A DNA stretch of 64,000 bases from the NCBI GenBank assembly GCA_010909165.1, contig MU008213.1, positions 47,481 to 111,480 on the forward strand. Direction: 5' to 3'. Positions 49,361-61,839 of this stretch are shown piece after piece; within the stretch, counting starts at the first letter, position 1, and every line of letters starts with the position of its first letter. Source of the stretch: Anthoceros angustus (lineage: Eukaryota > Plantae > Anthocerotophyta). The position numbers were made by a program, and so were the translations under genes. The notes beneath the pieces were generated by a model that was given only the letters and a program-made list of their open reading frames with translations, was not told the origin of the DNA and ran no database searches.

Positions 49361-51219
49361 ATTATTCCCCTAGGTTCGAGGTTCGACCACCATTCCTCAC
49401 AAACATTCTTTGGATGGAAAGTAGTAACTTTCTTTGCGTGACACCCTTTTTTTGAGCCGTTTTTAGCAATGCCTTCAAAGCTTTAGCCCATCAAAAGAAA
49501 ACCCCTTCGAGATTATTCACCCTTCAAAACTATCGTGTTAAGTGATCTCAGGAGTCGATGAGGATGGCATGATAGGGTCATGTGTTGAACTAGGAAAGGT
49601 CGTGGTAGAGCACTCACAAGTGAATTTGTAAGGCTGCAAGATGGAGTGTGGCCAAACCATAGGAAGGCAGTGTTGCAGGTGGGCTGCAACATGGTGAAGG
49701 GATCACAACAGGATGTGCATCATGACAGCAGAATTTGCAGTGGGGCTGCAAGTCAAAGTGAAGGGAGGCCGTTGTGGTGGCCGCGAGGAGAAATGGGCAG
49801 CAAGGAGGGTTGATACGAGATGTTGTTGAGGCGTGAGGAGTTCACCAGAGAATAATTCCAATTTATTCATGGCAAAAGGCATGCACAAGCCAATAGGGTG
49901 TGTTGGACAATGAAGTGTAAGAACTCCAGAGTTAAGCGTCTACTAAGATGGGGTGCCTTTTGTGTGAGGTGTTTCAGCTTATTATATTTGCAGAAGTCAC
50001 ATGGGAACTAATTGGGAGAGTGTTTAGGTGGTGCACCCTACGAGAATGAAGAAGGACGTAGGACGTAGGGCACGGCACTCCCTACTATAGGGAGGTGCAC
50101 CCTACGTGGAACAAGTGTAGGGCGGTACTGGCCCTACGAGAATGACAAGGGTGACCCTACATAGGTAGGGCAGGGGTCCCTGCATGTACCCACAGAGAGT
50201 GGTGGAGATGTAGGTAGTATGTAGGGTGACCAGGGTGGCCCTACATGGGTAGGATGTAGGGGTAGCAGGCGGGGAGGACCCGGCCAACGCTCGCGGCCAC
50301 CCGTCCCGGGGGTTTACGGTGGTGCGCCGGATAGGAGCTTTGGAGACATCTCTCCGTGGAAAACGCGCTTTGAAGCTCATGTGTATTGCGGCCTTGCTGC
50401 AGAGATGAGAGTCCTGCAACCCACACAATACAATGTCGATAAACGGGCGGAAGATGAGCTTCAGAGCAGGTGCGATACCTTTGTATAGGTCTCAGATATT
50501 AGGATAAGAGGTATATGAATTTAATTGCTTCCTCGCGGTGGGCTAGGCACTTGGTGGCATTGGGGGTTTCTTCAGAGCCCAACGATACAGTAATGGGTGT
50601 ATGGCCATTGGGCCTATGTCACCTTGGAGATGATAGAGGAATGCTTTATAAACTTCACTATGCCATGGCGAGAACTTGAGGAACCCCGGAAAATAGGGAT
50701 GCAAGGATCGATCCAGGTGCTGGACAATAACACATCCGGCTATGGAAGGCCGTAGAGGATGACTCGGAGGAGGAAGAGGAAGGCATGGAGCAAGATCCGC
50801 TCACGGGAGACCTTCTTGCGGTGGAGAGTGTGGAGGCGGTAGGGGTATAAGAAGTTGACCCCTCGTCGTAGGAGGTATAGAGGTGGCCCCCATCCATTAG
50901 GATCACGAGGATCACCGATGGCGGTAGATGCCGCGGAGGTAATTGAAGGGGTTGGTGGTAGCTTGGAGTGTGGGCTCATTGCTTGGGGATAGGACAATGT
51001 GCGGAGGCTGCGATACTTGTGGAGTAGTGGAGTGCAAACCCGGGAAGAGCATGGGTCTCTTCTCCACCAAGCTTTAGATTTCATGATGTTGAGTGTGTGG
51101 CTCGGAGGGCAGTGTGGAATTATCTTGAGGGGCGTTGTGGAGTCAATCTTGAGCAAGTGGAGGATTTATGGTAGATTGGTTAGGATTTGGAGTGAGAACT
51201 CTTAGGATTTTGGCCTTGT

Positions 51220-52764
51220 GACTCATATTGTTAAAATAGGGAGATTGGAGAGTTTTCTAGGGTGATTGTCATGATGGTGAAAGCGAGTGGGGTAGTGGTT
51301 TTAATCGCTTTAGGCGGCTATTAGTTTATAGTGGTTGAGGAAGAGCGTAGTGGAAAAGTAAGGGGAGGTGTGGCCAAGGGAGGCCTTATGTATGAGCCCT
51401 ATATAAGGCAGGTTTTGAGAAGAAGAAAATATCGTCTTGCGCTCCCAAACTCATGAGTCCTTTGCTCCTTGTAGAGGAATTTCGTGCCGGCTGCAAGCTA
51501 ATGTCTGGTAGAGAGGGAGTTTGCGGTGGTCGGAGTGCTTGGCGGAGGGCTCGCTCCTTGCAGGCGCCTCTGCAGGTTGCTCCCCTTGTGAATGGTTGCT
51601 GTGAAATTGCTTTGCTTTGGGTGTGTGGCGATGCCCAAGGAACTCTCGGCTTGAGGGTAGACTGGAAAGACTCCTGGAGGTTCTCATTGTCAGTGCAAAC
51701 TCATAGCAACCAAGGAAGAACTTGTTGGCTTGTAGGCGGACCCAGGCGGTTGTGCCATAAGGCGAGCTAGGGCCGGTGAGCTTGAAGTAAGGTTAGATTA
51801 GGAGGATGAGGAGTTGAGTTGAGGTGAGTGTTGAGGAGAATGTGGAGCTGAATGTTGAGTAGAGGAGTAGGTAGAGATTAGGAGTAAGAAGAAGGCCCAA
51901 GTCGAGCCTAAGGGAGGGGTCCCAAATGCACCAAACCAAGGAGGCTGAGCTAAGGTCTCAAAATCACGGGGTGGAGAAGTCGCGCTGCGTAGGGGTCCCT
52001 ATGTGGCGATGGACCTACCGTCGTAGGGTGGGACCTATGACTGTAGGATGTCGTTGTAGGTCCGGAGGCGGAGATCAGCGGAGGCGGTCGGAGGTGTCGT
52101 GCTGCTAGTGTGAGTTTTGTGGGCGGGTTGTAGTTGGAGCGCCATGGCGGAAGTTGGAGAGGCCTTGAACTAGGGCGAGGTAACCTGCTTTGCGTGCGGC
52201 CCCGTGGTAGGATGCCCCTGCATGCGTTGGGATAGGGTGTCTCCTCCCCACGTAGGAATGAGGTGTGCTTGGCCCGGTGCACTAGATCTCCTACAACTCT
52301 CCTGTGGTAGGAGGTAGGCCCTACAATTGTTTGTTGTTGGTTGTAGGTCTGAGGCGGCGATTCGGCGGAGGCGGCGGCGGGCTCTTGCCGAGTTGGTGGT
52401 TGAGGATGCCAATTGTGGGAAGGCAATGGGAAAGGAATAGTGGAAGATCACGGGGTGGTGAAGTCGGCAACGTAGGGGTCCCCGTGCGTAGCCCGACCTC
52501 TGCCGTGGGGTGTGGACCTATAGTCATAGGGTGTCGTTGTAGGTGCAGGCGGTGATAAGCGGAGCATCACGGTGAGGCGTGGGTGGAGTGAGTTGAGTTG
52601 CTCCGGTTGTGTGAGGGAGCTTGGGGGTGTGAAGAGGTGTGTGGTTTGTGCCTTGGATGCTGGTGGACGACAAACAAGAGTCTCATGGGACGAAACCTAT
52701 TGTACGATGAGGGATAAGTGTGGCCACTAGAGGTGAATCTCGGAGTAAGGGTTTTCCTCCCACA
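51220..52764 (+). repeat. LTR of 'family A' (TATA at ~51400, long U5 with internal duplications)
   Basis: CTATATAAGG at 51399; homologous to 2468-3240 (reverse) and ~20110-20200. Ends CCTCCCACA, followed by CA and a PBS-like TGGCACCCCG (52767). The 5' boundary is uncertain. Confidence 0.65.
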
Positions 52765-53646
52765 CATGGCACCCCGCTCTTGGTGGGGCAGGCATTGGCT
52801 AGCATTGGCGAGGCACTTTCAAGAATTGAGACAAGGCATGTGGCCATCATCTTCCTCCAATCTCCCGACTCGGTGAGGTACTTCCGCATTCGACAACACT
52901 CACACATCAACGGCGACCTCCGATAGGACAATCTCCACCTCTCCACGGTGACTTCAATCTCCGACCGAGAGGCACCACTTCTACTAGGAAATCTTGGTGG
53001 CTCTCCACAAAAGTTGGAATCCAGGCCGAGGCGAGGAGCATCAGTGGCCGCCCGTGAGGGGCGTTTTGCTCCTCGGTGGGGGCGCTGTTCCCTCCCGGGC
53101 CTCGCCCCTATCTTCTTTCCCAGCTGCAGTATCCCAAGATCCACCTCAGCATCGGCCAAGCGGCCGCGGCCTGGGCACAGGAGCGGCTGGGAGGCGATCC
53201 TCGCCGGATGGTGCGCACGACGGCGCAGATCGTATTGCCATGGCTGTTCGTCTTTCCATGATGAGCGGTGAGTGCGAGTGCCAAGGAGTGTGTTAAATGA
53301 AACCGGTATGGTGGGTGCCATAAACCTGTCCTCATGGGCATGGATCACTTGATCCACATGACCCATACCGTTATCATTAAATATTTTCAACCTTTACCCG
53401 GGTTCTTACTATGTTTAACCCTTATCAAGTTTGATTATTACCTTCTTACCTTTTTAATCTTACTTAGCTTTTTACCATTTCCTCGATTAAGTTTTAGTAA
53501 TTCCTTTTAATTACATTAAATACAGCTTAAATGTAACTTAAGCTTGTCTTTCTAATTTTTCTTAGTTAGCGATAACTTTCAATTTAGTGGGAGTTAGCTA
53601 ACCCTTTTGTGCTCATTTTGAAGCAAATTTTTCACCCCTAGTTCAT

Positions 53647-53897
53647 AGTGAGTGGAGGCGATGAAATATACCACTTAGGCACTCTTCACTAGGGCACCTA
53701 AGACTATTAATTAATTTAGTTCTTAGGGCTTTAGGTAGTTTATTAAGTAGTTAGTTGTTACAACCACTTAGAGGTTAGAACTACTTATGGTTACAACCAC
53801 CTTATGATTGTAACCACCAGCCTATAGAGGCTTTGTACTTTCAATTTTATAAGCAATGAAAACATCTTTTGCTGAGAGCAAGGCGTGCTTTTCATCA
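53647..53897 (+). repeat. PPT plus Copia 3' LTR (53662-53897)
   Basis: Purine-rich AGTGAGTGGAGGCGA, then TGAAATATA...TTTTCATCA; homologous to the LTR at 23276-23496. Confidence 0.8.
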
Positions 53898-53919
53898 GCA
53901 ACTACTTGCAGTTGACAAC

Positions 53920-55125
53920 TGCCTCGGAGAGCCAATTGTTGCCAGCCACCATCGTGGCACTCCATGTCACCACACATCCTTTGTGGCCAGGCTGTCAAAA
54001 CTCAGTGCATCTTTCAATTCACCACACTTGATACATGTCCACCGTGCGCTTTCCCACCATTAATGCGTAACGTCATCCAAAAACTAGTCCGCCGATCATC
54101 CTGGAGTGCGCTACCCTTCTATAAGGCGCCCGTGCACATGCCTCAAAAAGAACAAGCATATTGACACGCATAGCTGCATCTGCATGGACAACTATGCCTT
54201 GTGCGCAGACTTGCTGAACATGATGAGAGCTCTTCTCAGCAGTAAGAAGTCCACGCTTGGCGATGACCTCCCTCGCTTTCCAGAAGATGCCCTTCCTTTT
54301 CTTTTCTGCTGTAGTAGTCTACATGTGGGACTTGGACTAGAGCTGAGCTCCCCATCTCTCATTTTCCATATGTTGTACTTGATGGTGCAACATATGGAAA
54401 ATGCACCATCAAGTACCTAGGTAATAACAATTCCCCAAGAGAAAAATAAATAATCACATCAAGCATTAAGCCTTCCTTGGTTGAACACAAAGTTGATATA
54501 CATCAAATGCACACACATTTGTGTGCATTGCCAAGTGCGTGTTGTTCTTTAGGTTTAGGATTGTTTATCGTATAAAGTATAAGTTTGAATGTTTAACAAA
54601 AGAGACTTTTAACGCTAACTTAATACATAGCACTTACGAATTCAGAATGACATAAGACTTAAGACTCATGATACCTAGCACTTACTAATTAGGAATGACA
54701 AAAGCTTTTGAGGCTCAAGATGGATACCTAGTACTTACTAATAAGGAACGACGTAAGCATTTGAGGCTCAAGAAGGATACCTAGCACTTACTAATAAGGA
54801 ACGATGTAAGCTTTTGAGGCTCAAGATGGATACCTAGCACTTACTAATTAGAAACGACGTAAGCTTTTGAGGCCCAAGATGGATACCCAGCACTTACTAA
54901 ATAGGAACGACTTAAGCTTTTGAGGCTCAACATGGATACCGAGCGCTTACTGATTAGGAACGACGTAAGCTTTTGAGGCTCAAGATGGATACCTAGCACT
55001 TACTAATAAGGAACGACGTAAGCTTTGAGGCTCAAGATAGATACCTAGCACTTACTAATCATGAATGATATAAACCTTCATGTAAAAGAGCGGGCGAGTA
55101 GTCCACGAGCGCCATTTGCAAAGGT
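53920..55125. repeat. Left arm of long inverted repeat (PPR fragment + AT-rich segment + 53-bp array)
   Basis: Reverse complement of ~57115-58210, nearly identical over 54300-54620 versus 57520-57840. Confidence 0.95.
54670..55060 (+). repeat. 53-bp tandem array (GATACCTAGCACTTACTAATAAGGAACGACGTAAGCTTTTGAGGCTCAAGATG)
   Basis: Unit starts at 54670, 54723, 54776, 54829, 54882, 54935, 54988 and 55040 (period 53). Confidence 0.97.
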
Positions 55126-55757
55126 AGCAAGGTGAGAGCGGATTTGCAATTTAGTTCTAGCTTGTTGTAAAATGTGTGGTTGTGTGAGCCTCCGCAGATA
55201 ACACTGCAGCCTGCGTGTGGCTTGGCTTGCAATTGTTGTTGGCCTCTAGAATAGTACGCATAGTGTGTGCATGTATCTAGGTGCATCCAAGGTTGCTACG
55301 AAGGATCATCCTGTGGCCTGAATATGTATACTTATTTTGGCCAAGCAGACCAAACCGGTAATGCAGCATGCAGCAACACAAGTGTGACAGAATTAAGCTT
55401 TGAGCTTGGGTGCCCTAGGCTCGATGCTCGTGCTCGTTTCACCACAGTTTGGCGGGCGTTGACGACAATCATCCGGACTCAAGAATGTACATGCGATTCA
55501 CATGCACACATACCACGTACTCACAAAGTTGAACTACATACATAGAATAGAAAAGATACAAGGCTAAAGAGCCAAGAACCTTCAAAAGGGAATGCGGAGA
55601 CTTTATAAAAGGCCGAGATGGGAAGTGCCATCTTCACCAAAATGGTTTTATAACCTTAAAATAAAAGTTTGAGTTGCAAACAATATTTATAAATAATAAT
55701 AATAACATTTGAGTGTTTGTTACGAGACCAGAGTCCACATTAGGTCGTAACCCCGGA

Positions 55758-56210
55758 TGCCATGAAACAATCCAAGCTCTAACAACAACTCCATTTGTAT
55801 CATGCATCTGCGTGTCGCTGAGTCTCAATTAACCTCATGTATTGGTACCTCACATCACCCACCCTCCCACCCACCCAACCAACCCGCCCGCCCAAGCTCT
55901 AACGAGAACTCAACATATCATGCATCCGCTGCGTGCTGTTGATGAGTCTCAATTAACCTCATGTATTGGTACCTCACATCACCCACCCCCCAACTTACCA
56001 CCTACCCATGCCATGAAACAACACCAAGCTCTAACGAGAACTCACCATATCATGCATCTGTAGCGTGTCTTTGAGTCTCAATTTACCTCATGTAATGGTA
56101 CCTCATCCACACTCCAACCAACCACCAAACCTACCATGAACATAAGTTCTACGAGAACTCCGTGTCATCCATCCGTGCAGCCTTTGTTGAGCCTCTACTT
56201 CATGTATGTT
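55758..56210 (+). repeat. ~120-130 bp tandem repeat, 4 degenerate units
   Basis: CAAGCTCTAACGAGAACTC...ATCATGCATC...GAGTCTCAATTAACCTCATGTATTGGTACCTCAC recurs at ~55772, 55892, 56024 and 56144. Confidence 0.9.
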
Positions 56211-56900
56211 GAATCTTCTTGTTCACCATAATTTATGTATCCCAATGTATATGGAAAATCATCTATGCATAATCTTCAGATATTATTCCATCTTCCAATA
56301 TAAAAGCTATGATTTCACCGTGAAGTAATAACACCCGTGAATTTTTAATAAAGATGACTTTGCAATCCATTCATTTTGAACATTTTGTCTTTTATTGTCA
56401 GATTTCCATCTTAGGCGATAATTGGTTAGCTTCTATGGAAACATCGGCCATTTGAAACTGTCTGCCTCTACTATTACCTCATTTCCAAATATTAGCGCTA
56501 TTATTTTGTTATGAATAAATAATAAGCGGAATATTTTAATTGGGCGGATTTTAAATCCATCAACGCTTATGAACGCCATTTCCCAATGTTATAGTAATTG
56601 TCCCATTATAGTTCCAAAATATTTGGTGAGAACGCAATGAATTTAGCCTAGTCCAAGGGCCACATTGGTTTCTACATAGCCCGAGAGGATGAAATATGTT
56701 TCCTGCAATTAGGGCATGTAAAATTGTTTGTCATCCATGGCATTATACATTGCCTATGGAAAAGGTGGCCACATGCATTCACCTTTACGATCTCTTCTCT
56801 TTTAATACCATCAAGAAATGGTATACAATCAATTGTTTGGTGCCCTTACTTGCCCTTTTACACATTTGGGCAATTGTTTCATTATCCATTTTTATTCAAA
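56200..56900 (-). pseudogene. Possible Mutator-like (MULE) transposase remnant
   Basis: AT-rich, stop-ridden minus frames with C(H)GPLD..KFIAFSPNI.EL and FKMNGLQSHLY, reminiscent of MULE CHGxLD and DxTFxxN...LY segments; weak. Confidence 0.3.
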
Positions 56901-57114
56901 TCTTTGCTACCTCTTACTTCTTTTTTCTTGTAGAAGAGGAGGAATGAAGAAGAAATTATTTGTTCTTGACCACTAAATATAGATGACCTTCACGGGACTT
57001 CTTATAATTTATAAGTTTTCTTATAACGAAAACAAAAATCTTTCATAAAGGAAATTTGCGAGGCTCCTTAGTCGTTCCCAACAGGCGAGTAATGCAAAGA
57101 GGAAGCGGCAGCGG

Positions 57115-58210
57115 TAGCTTAGCAAATGGCACTCTTGGACTACCCGCCCGATCTTTTATATGAAGGTTTACATCATTCATGATTAGTAAGTGCTAGGTAT
57201 CCATCTTGAGCCTCAAAAGCTTACGTCGTTCCTTATTAGTAAGTGCTAGGTATCCATCTTGAGCCTCAAAAGCTTACTTCGTTCCTTATTAGTAAGTGCT
57301 AGGTATCCATCTTGAGCCTCCAAAGCTTACGTCGTTCCTTATTAGTAAGTGCTAGGTATCCATCTTGAGCCTCAAAAGCTTACGTCGTTCCTAATGAGTA
57401 GGTGCTAGGTATCCATCTTGAGCCTCAAAATCTTACGTCGTTCCTAATTAATAAGTGCTAGGTATCTTGAGTCTTAAGACTTACATCATTCTTAATTCGT
57501 AAGTGCTATGTATTAAGTAAGTTAACAGCGTTAAAAGTCTCTTTTGTTAAACACTCAAACTTGCACTTTATACGATAAACAATCCTAAACCTAAAGAACA
57601 ACACGCACTTGGCAATGCATACAAATGTATGTGCATTTGATGTATATCAACTTTGTGTTCAACCAAGGAAGGCTTAATGCTTGATGTGGTTATTTATTTT
57701 TCTTGGAGAATTGTTCTTACCTAGGTACTTGATGGTGCATTTTCCATATGTTGCACCATCAAGTACAACATATGGAAAATGAGAGCTGGGGAGCTCAGCT
57801 CTAGTCCAAGTCCCACATGTAGACTACTACAGCAGAAAAGAAAGGAAGAGCATCTTCCAAGCGAGGGAGGTCATTGGCGTGGACTTCTTACATGAGGTCG
57901 AGAAGAGCTCTCATCATGTTCGGCCAGAAGTCTGCATAGAACCACGATTGTCCATGTAGATGCGCTATGTGTGATCGCTTGCTTGCCTTTTGAGGGCATG
58001 TGCAAGCATATAGAAGAAGGTGCACTCAGCGGATGGTCAAGCGGACTAGTTGCTAGATGGCGTTACGTACTAATGGTGGAAAAGCCTGTGGACATGTGTC
58101 GTGTGGTGGGTGAAAGATGCACACCAGGTTTTTGACAGCTTGGCCACAAAGGATGTGTGGTGACATGGAGTGCCCTGATGGTTGGGTATGGCCAGCAAGG
58201 GGCTCGGACA
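57115..58210. repeat. Right arm of long inverted repeat
   Basis: See left arm; the PPR homology continues beyond the arm on this side. Confidence 0.95.
57178..57470 (-). repeat. 53-bp tandem array, inverted copy with two fewer units
   Basis: GCTAGGTAT recurs at ~57192, 57245, 57298, 57351, 57404 and 57457. Confidence 0.97.
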
Positions 58211-58730
58211 ATGATGAGGCTAGGCGCCTGTTGTGATACGGACAAATGGAGCAGGAGGGCCTCCTTTTGGCTGACCATGTTAGTTTTTTCGGCTTGCCTT
58301 TTGAAGGCCTGTGGAAGCCAAGCAGGGGTGGCTTACAGAGAGGCCTACAACGCTAGGGTTTTGACAGCTTGGCCACAAAGGATGTGGTGACATGGTGGAG
58401 TATGCCCTAAACAACAATGACCACTAGGCCAAGAGGCGCTCGTTGTGATATGGACAAATAGAGCAGGAGGGCCTGCTTTTGGCTAACCATGTTACTTTTG
58501 CTCGTCACAAGGCCTATGGGCTTCAACCAACGGTGCAGCTTACAGAACCTTGGGCATGCAACTGCACTCACAAATCATCGAAAGAGGACTAGTGGATGAC
58601 GTTACGTAGCACGTGGTGGGCAACAGCCTGCCGGACATGAGATTGTATGCAGAAATGTGGTGAAGTGGAGGGAGGATGCATGCAGATGTTTGTGGCCACA
58701 TAGGATGTGGTACCATCATGGAATATACGC
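57950..58730 (+). pseudogene. Degenerate PLS-PPR gene fragments with an internal tandem duplication
   Basis: FDSLATKDVVTWSALMVGYGQQG, LLKACGSQ and LHSQIIERGL; GGTTTTTGACAGCTTGGCCACAAAGGATGTG occurs at ~58127 and again at ~58357. Confidence 0.85.
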
Positions 58731-58799
58731 GGTCTTTGGGTCTTTGATGCATAAAAAGTTATGGTAACATGATCACAGCGTGGAAGATTACGCAGTTCT

Positions 58800-60010
58800 T
58801 AGCACATGACCAGCAAAGATTGGCTCACAAGCCACCTGCCTCACAGTGCGTGCATACCACCAGGTCTACCACACATGCAGCAAGTTCTGTGGACAATAAG
58901 TAGAATGGCAAACCAGTGCACCATCTCCACACAGAGCACATGCATCTTCCACATACCACAATCAAACACATGGACTTCTATGCCAAAGCCGGCATCATGC
59001 AGCATCAACTCAGATCATAGAGAGCAAAAGCAAGTGCTCCGGTTCCCAACCAGCCTTCACTTCCATCCTTAGAAGCATAACCTCATGGAGTACAACAAAC
59101 ACGCTGACCTGTTTGTAGGCAGCAATCATTGCACACTCATTGCAAAGAACCGACCTTCATCCTCCTCATATTCCAAAGTAGAATAACAAACATTTGCACA
59201 CATCTGCTGCCGCAACAGTGCTATTGGGCACTTCAACAATCGGGAGAAATCCAAGGGACACAAATTAAAACACCCCTCGAGATACATTCGAATTGCGAGA
59301 ATGACCTGCGCTATCAACTATCAAAATCTGGACCACGGCATCTTTGTCAGTGTGGTGTGGAGTGGGGTGGCATGGAGCCACAGTGCCAGTGAACTTCTTC
59401 ACTCTTAGATGGTGAATCCGCTGGATCGCCTGCTCGAAATCCAAAAAGCCAGCAACATGTTCTTGCAGCTTGCTCCTACAAGCCAGGTTTTCGGCCAACT
59501 TCTTGTTCACAACATTATAGTGGTCGGTCTTGGCCTTCACACTTTGGCGGACTAGTTCCATGGTGCCTCGTTGAGTTTCTGAGTCCAACCCACCGCCATT
59601 GAGCACAAGGTCTGCTAGCTGGACCTTTGTCAAGTCCAGATCCTTCAAGGCATCCTCCCTTGCCTTAGCAAGCTTTGACTCCTCATCCCCGCACGCCTCC
59701 AAGTCCTTCTTCACACAAAGCACAGCAGCCGAAATCACCTCCATTGGAGCCCAGGGCTACATGCCACTTTTCTCATGCCCAAATATCTTACCTTTCAATG
59801 GACGTACGTGGTCCTTCTCCGTGAAGCTTGCCAACACTTTCGACGAGGACAATGGCTCCTTGTCAATCACAGCTGCTTTTCCTTTGTTGGCAGAGAGCAG
59901 CTCCAAACTTTGCTGCGACGACCGTCGTGGCCTCTGTGTGGGCTGACAGGGAGTTTTCCTTCGACATGGAACTAGCCTTGCACCAAGCTTCAAGCGTGGA
60001 GCGTCCACTC
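58800..60010 (-). pseudogene. Uncharacterised ORF remnants (coiled coil followed by Cys/His-rich segment)
   Basis: ORFs 59757..60008 and 59265..59744 (coiled-coil-like), then EDACALCGDGALVCHSTYCPQNLLHVW near 58880-58960. Confidence 0.35.
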
Positions 60011-61839
60011 CATCCGAGCCCTCATCTTCCTCACCTCCACCTTCCTCGCGTCGCGCCGTCCTCCCATCTTTACACTGGCAACAGATAGGCTAGTGGCGCC
60101 TGCATACAATCATACACCAAGTCATCGATGTTCCTCCATTCTTCCACAACAAATAAATTAGTAGTCCCTGGTAGCCATCATTTGCTCCAGGAAGGCCTCC
60201 AAAGTACCGCCAAAACATCGACCCACCACACGCTTAAGACCAATTGCGTTCTCATCCCGCATTATTCACACAACGGTGGATAGAACCTCATCCCCGAGTG
60301 CCAATTCCATGGACTGCTCACTTGAACACATGTCGACTTGCAAGGCTGCGGTCACTCTCTCTGCGCGAAGGGTGGCATTGCCTCCTTACCTTCCTACTCT
60401 CCCTTGGGCGTGATGCTCCTCCCCACCATCCTCCTCAGATCGCCATAGCCACGCGCCTCCCCTCCAAAGCCACACTGCCTCCCTCCACCCACCAAGTGGT
60501 TCACCCATGGTATCCAGAAGCAAACCTCCAAGCAACCAAGCAACAATGGTAGAACTACACACCGCCCCCACACAAACAGCCACCAACCAAACTAGCAAGC
60601 ACTCGAAACGCCCCACCACCACAGTAGCACCCTCCTAGCAAACACCCAAAACGCCCCACCACCACACTAGCATCCCCCTAGCAAACAAAAACCATGTTAG
60701 AGACAACCTCCAAAATCAAGCAGCCTCCCATCGATCAAAATCCTGCTCAATCATTTTATTCGTCCTACAGGTAGACCATTGTTTTGTATGGAAATGATGC
60801 CTATGTCATTAGTGCATGCCATTCGTTAAACAACAAAAACCACTATGGGCCGCTAAAAGATATAAACTTCTCTCACGACACCCTAATTGTGTGCCTTCTT
60901 CTGCAGGGTATGCTCAAATATGGCATTTTAATGCCCATCGAAAACCCTGTTCCGCGTATATTCACGTCAAAAGCCGCTTGATATATATTCAGCCGCTTCA
61001 AATATTATCGTGTTTCAAGGTGGTGGGAAGTCTGGCAACCCAAAGTACGCTCGAAATAAGCGACAAAGGTCCCGTGCCATAGTTAAACAGCAAGATCGTT
61101 CGCTCTGAAACCAGTTGTAATGGTGGTGAGCCATGAGCAACCCTAAAACGTGAGATGGCAATCCCGGCTCAAGAACGCTTTAGATTGATAAGTGCCCACA
61201 CTTATACCATGGGTGGGGTACATTTCCAGCAACGATCATGGTGGACAACAAGATGAAAACTAACTATCAAGTAGAAAGTAAAGGGACCGTAGGAATACCA
61301 TGACAGTCGATATCTTCTCTTAACTGCTCCTAGTTCCTGCTTGAATTACGTTGAGCTAATTCTTCGTCCCCTCCTCCTGCTCAAACTTTTCCTTAAATCG
61401 CACCATATTCAATTCCCGAGTGGATTGAAAGAGCAAAAATTTTCCATAGTTTCCATCGCCTCCGCCTTTCGGATAGAAGACCGTACTCTATCACACGGAC
61501 AATCCATAGTCATATTCCGCTTTCTTGCGATCTGCATCTACTTGCATAATTGTGTCAATCTTGGTTAGTTCTTCAGCGGATCGGGCCCGCAACAATGCAA
61601 ATTTGTAGATAAGGATGTAGATAGGAGGGCCAGAGGGGCGGTTGGGAGGCAAAATTTGCACCTAAAGGATGCAGATAAGAGAGGCATTCCCTGGAACTAG
61701 GAATTGTGCCGCTCTTTCTTTCTTGCCTCATATTTATCTCCTGAGACAATAGTTGTCCATGCAGGCTGCCAGCTGCTGGATTCGATTTGCCCATCTTGGA
61801 GAATTGGGGAGTAAGAGGGCTCTGTGATTGTTTAGTGAG

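Noticed and set aside
23276-53897. One giant 30 kb Copia bounded by the two related short LTRs
   Set aside because: Same family, but the flanks (GGAGG vs GCAAC) give no TSD and an N-marked discontinuity lies at 23560.
54670-55060. 53-bp array as a CRISPR
   Set aside because: Units are contiguous near-identical copies with no unique spacers, there are no cas genes, and the context is eukaryotic.
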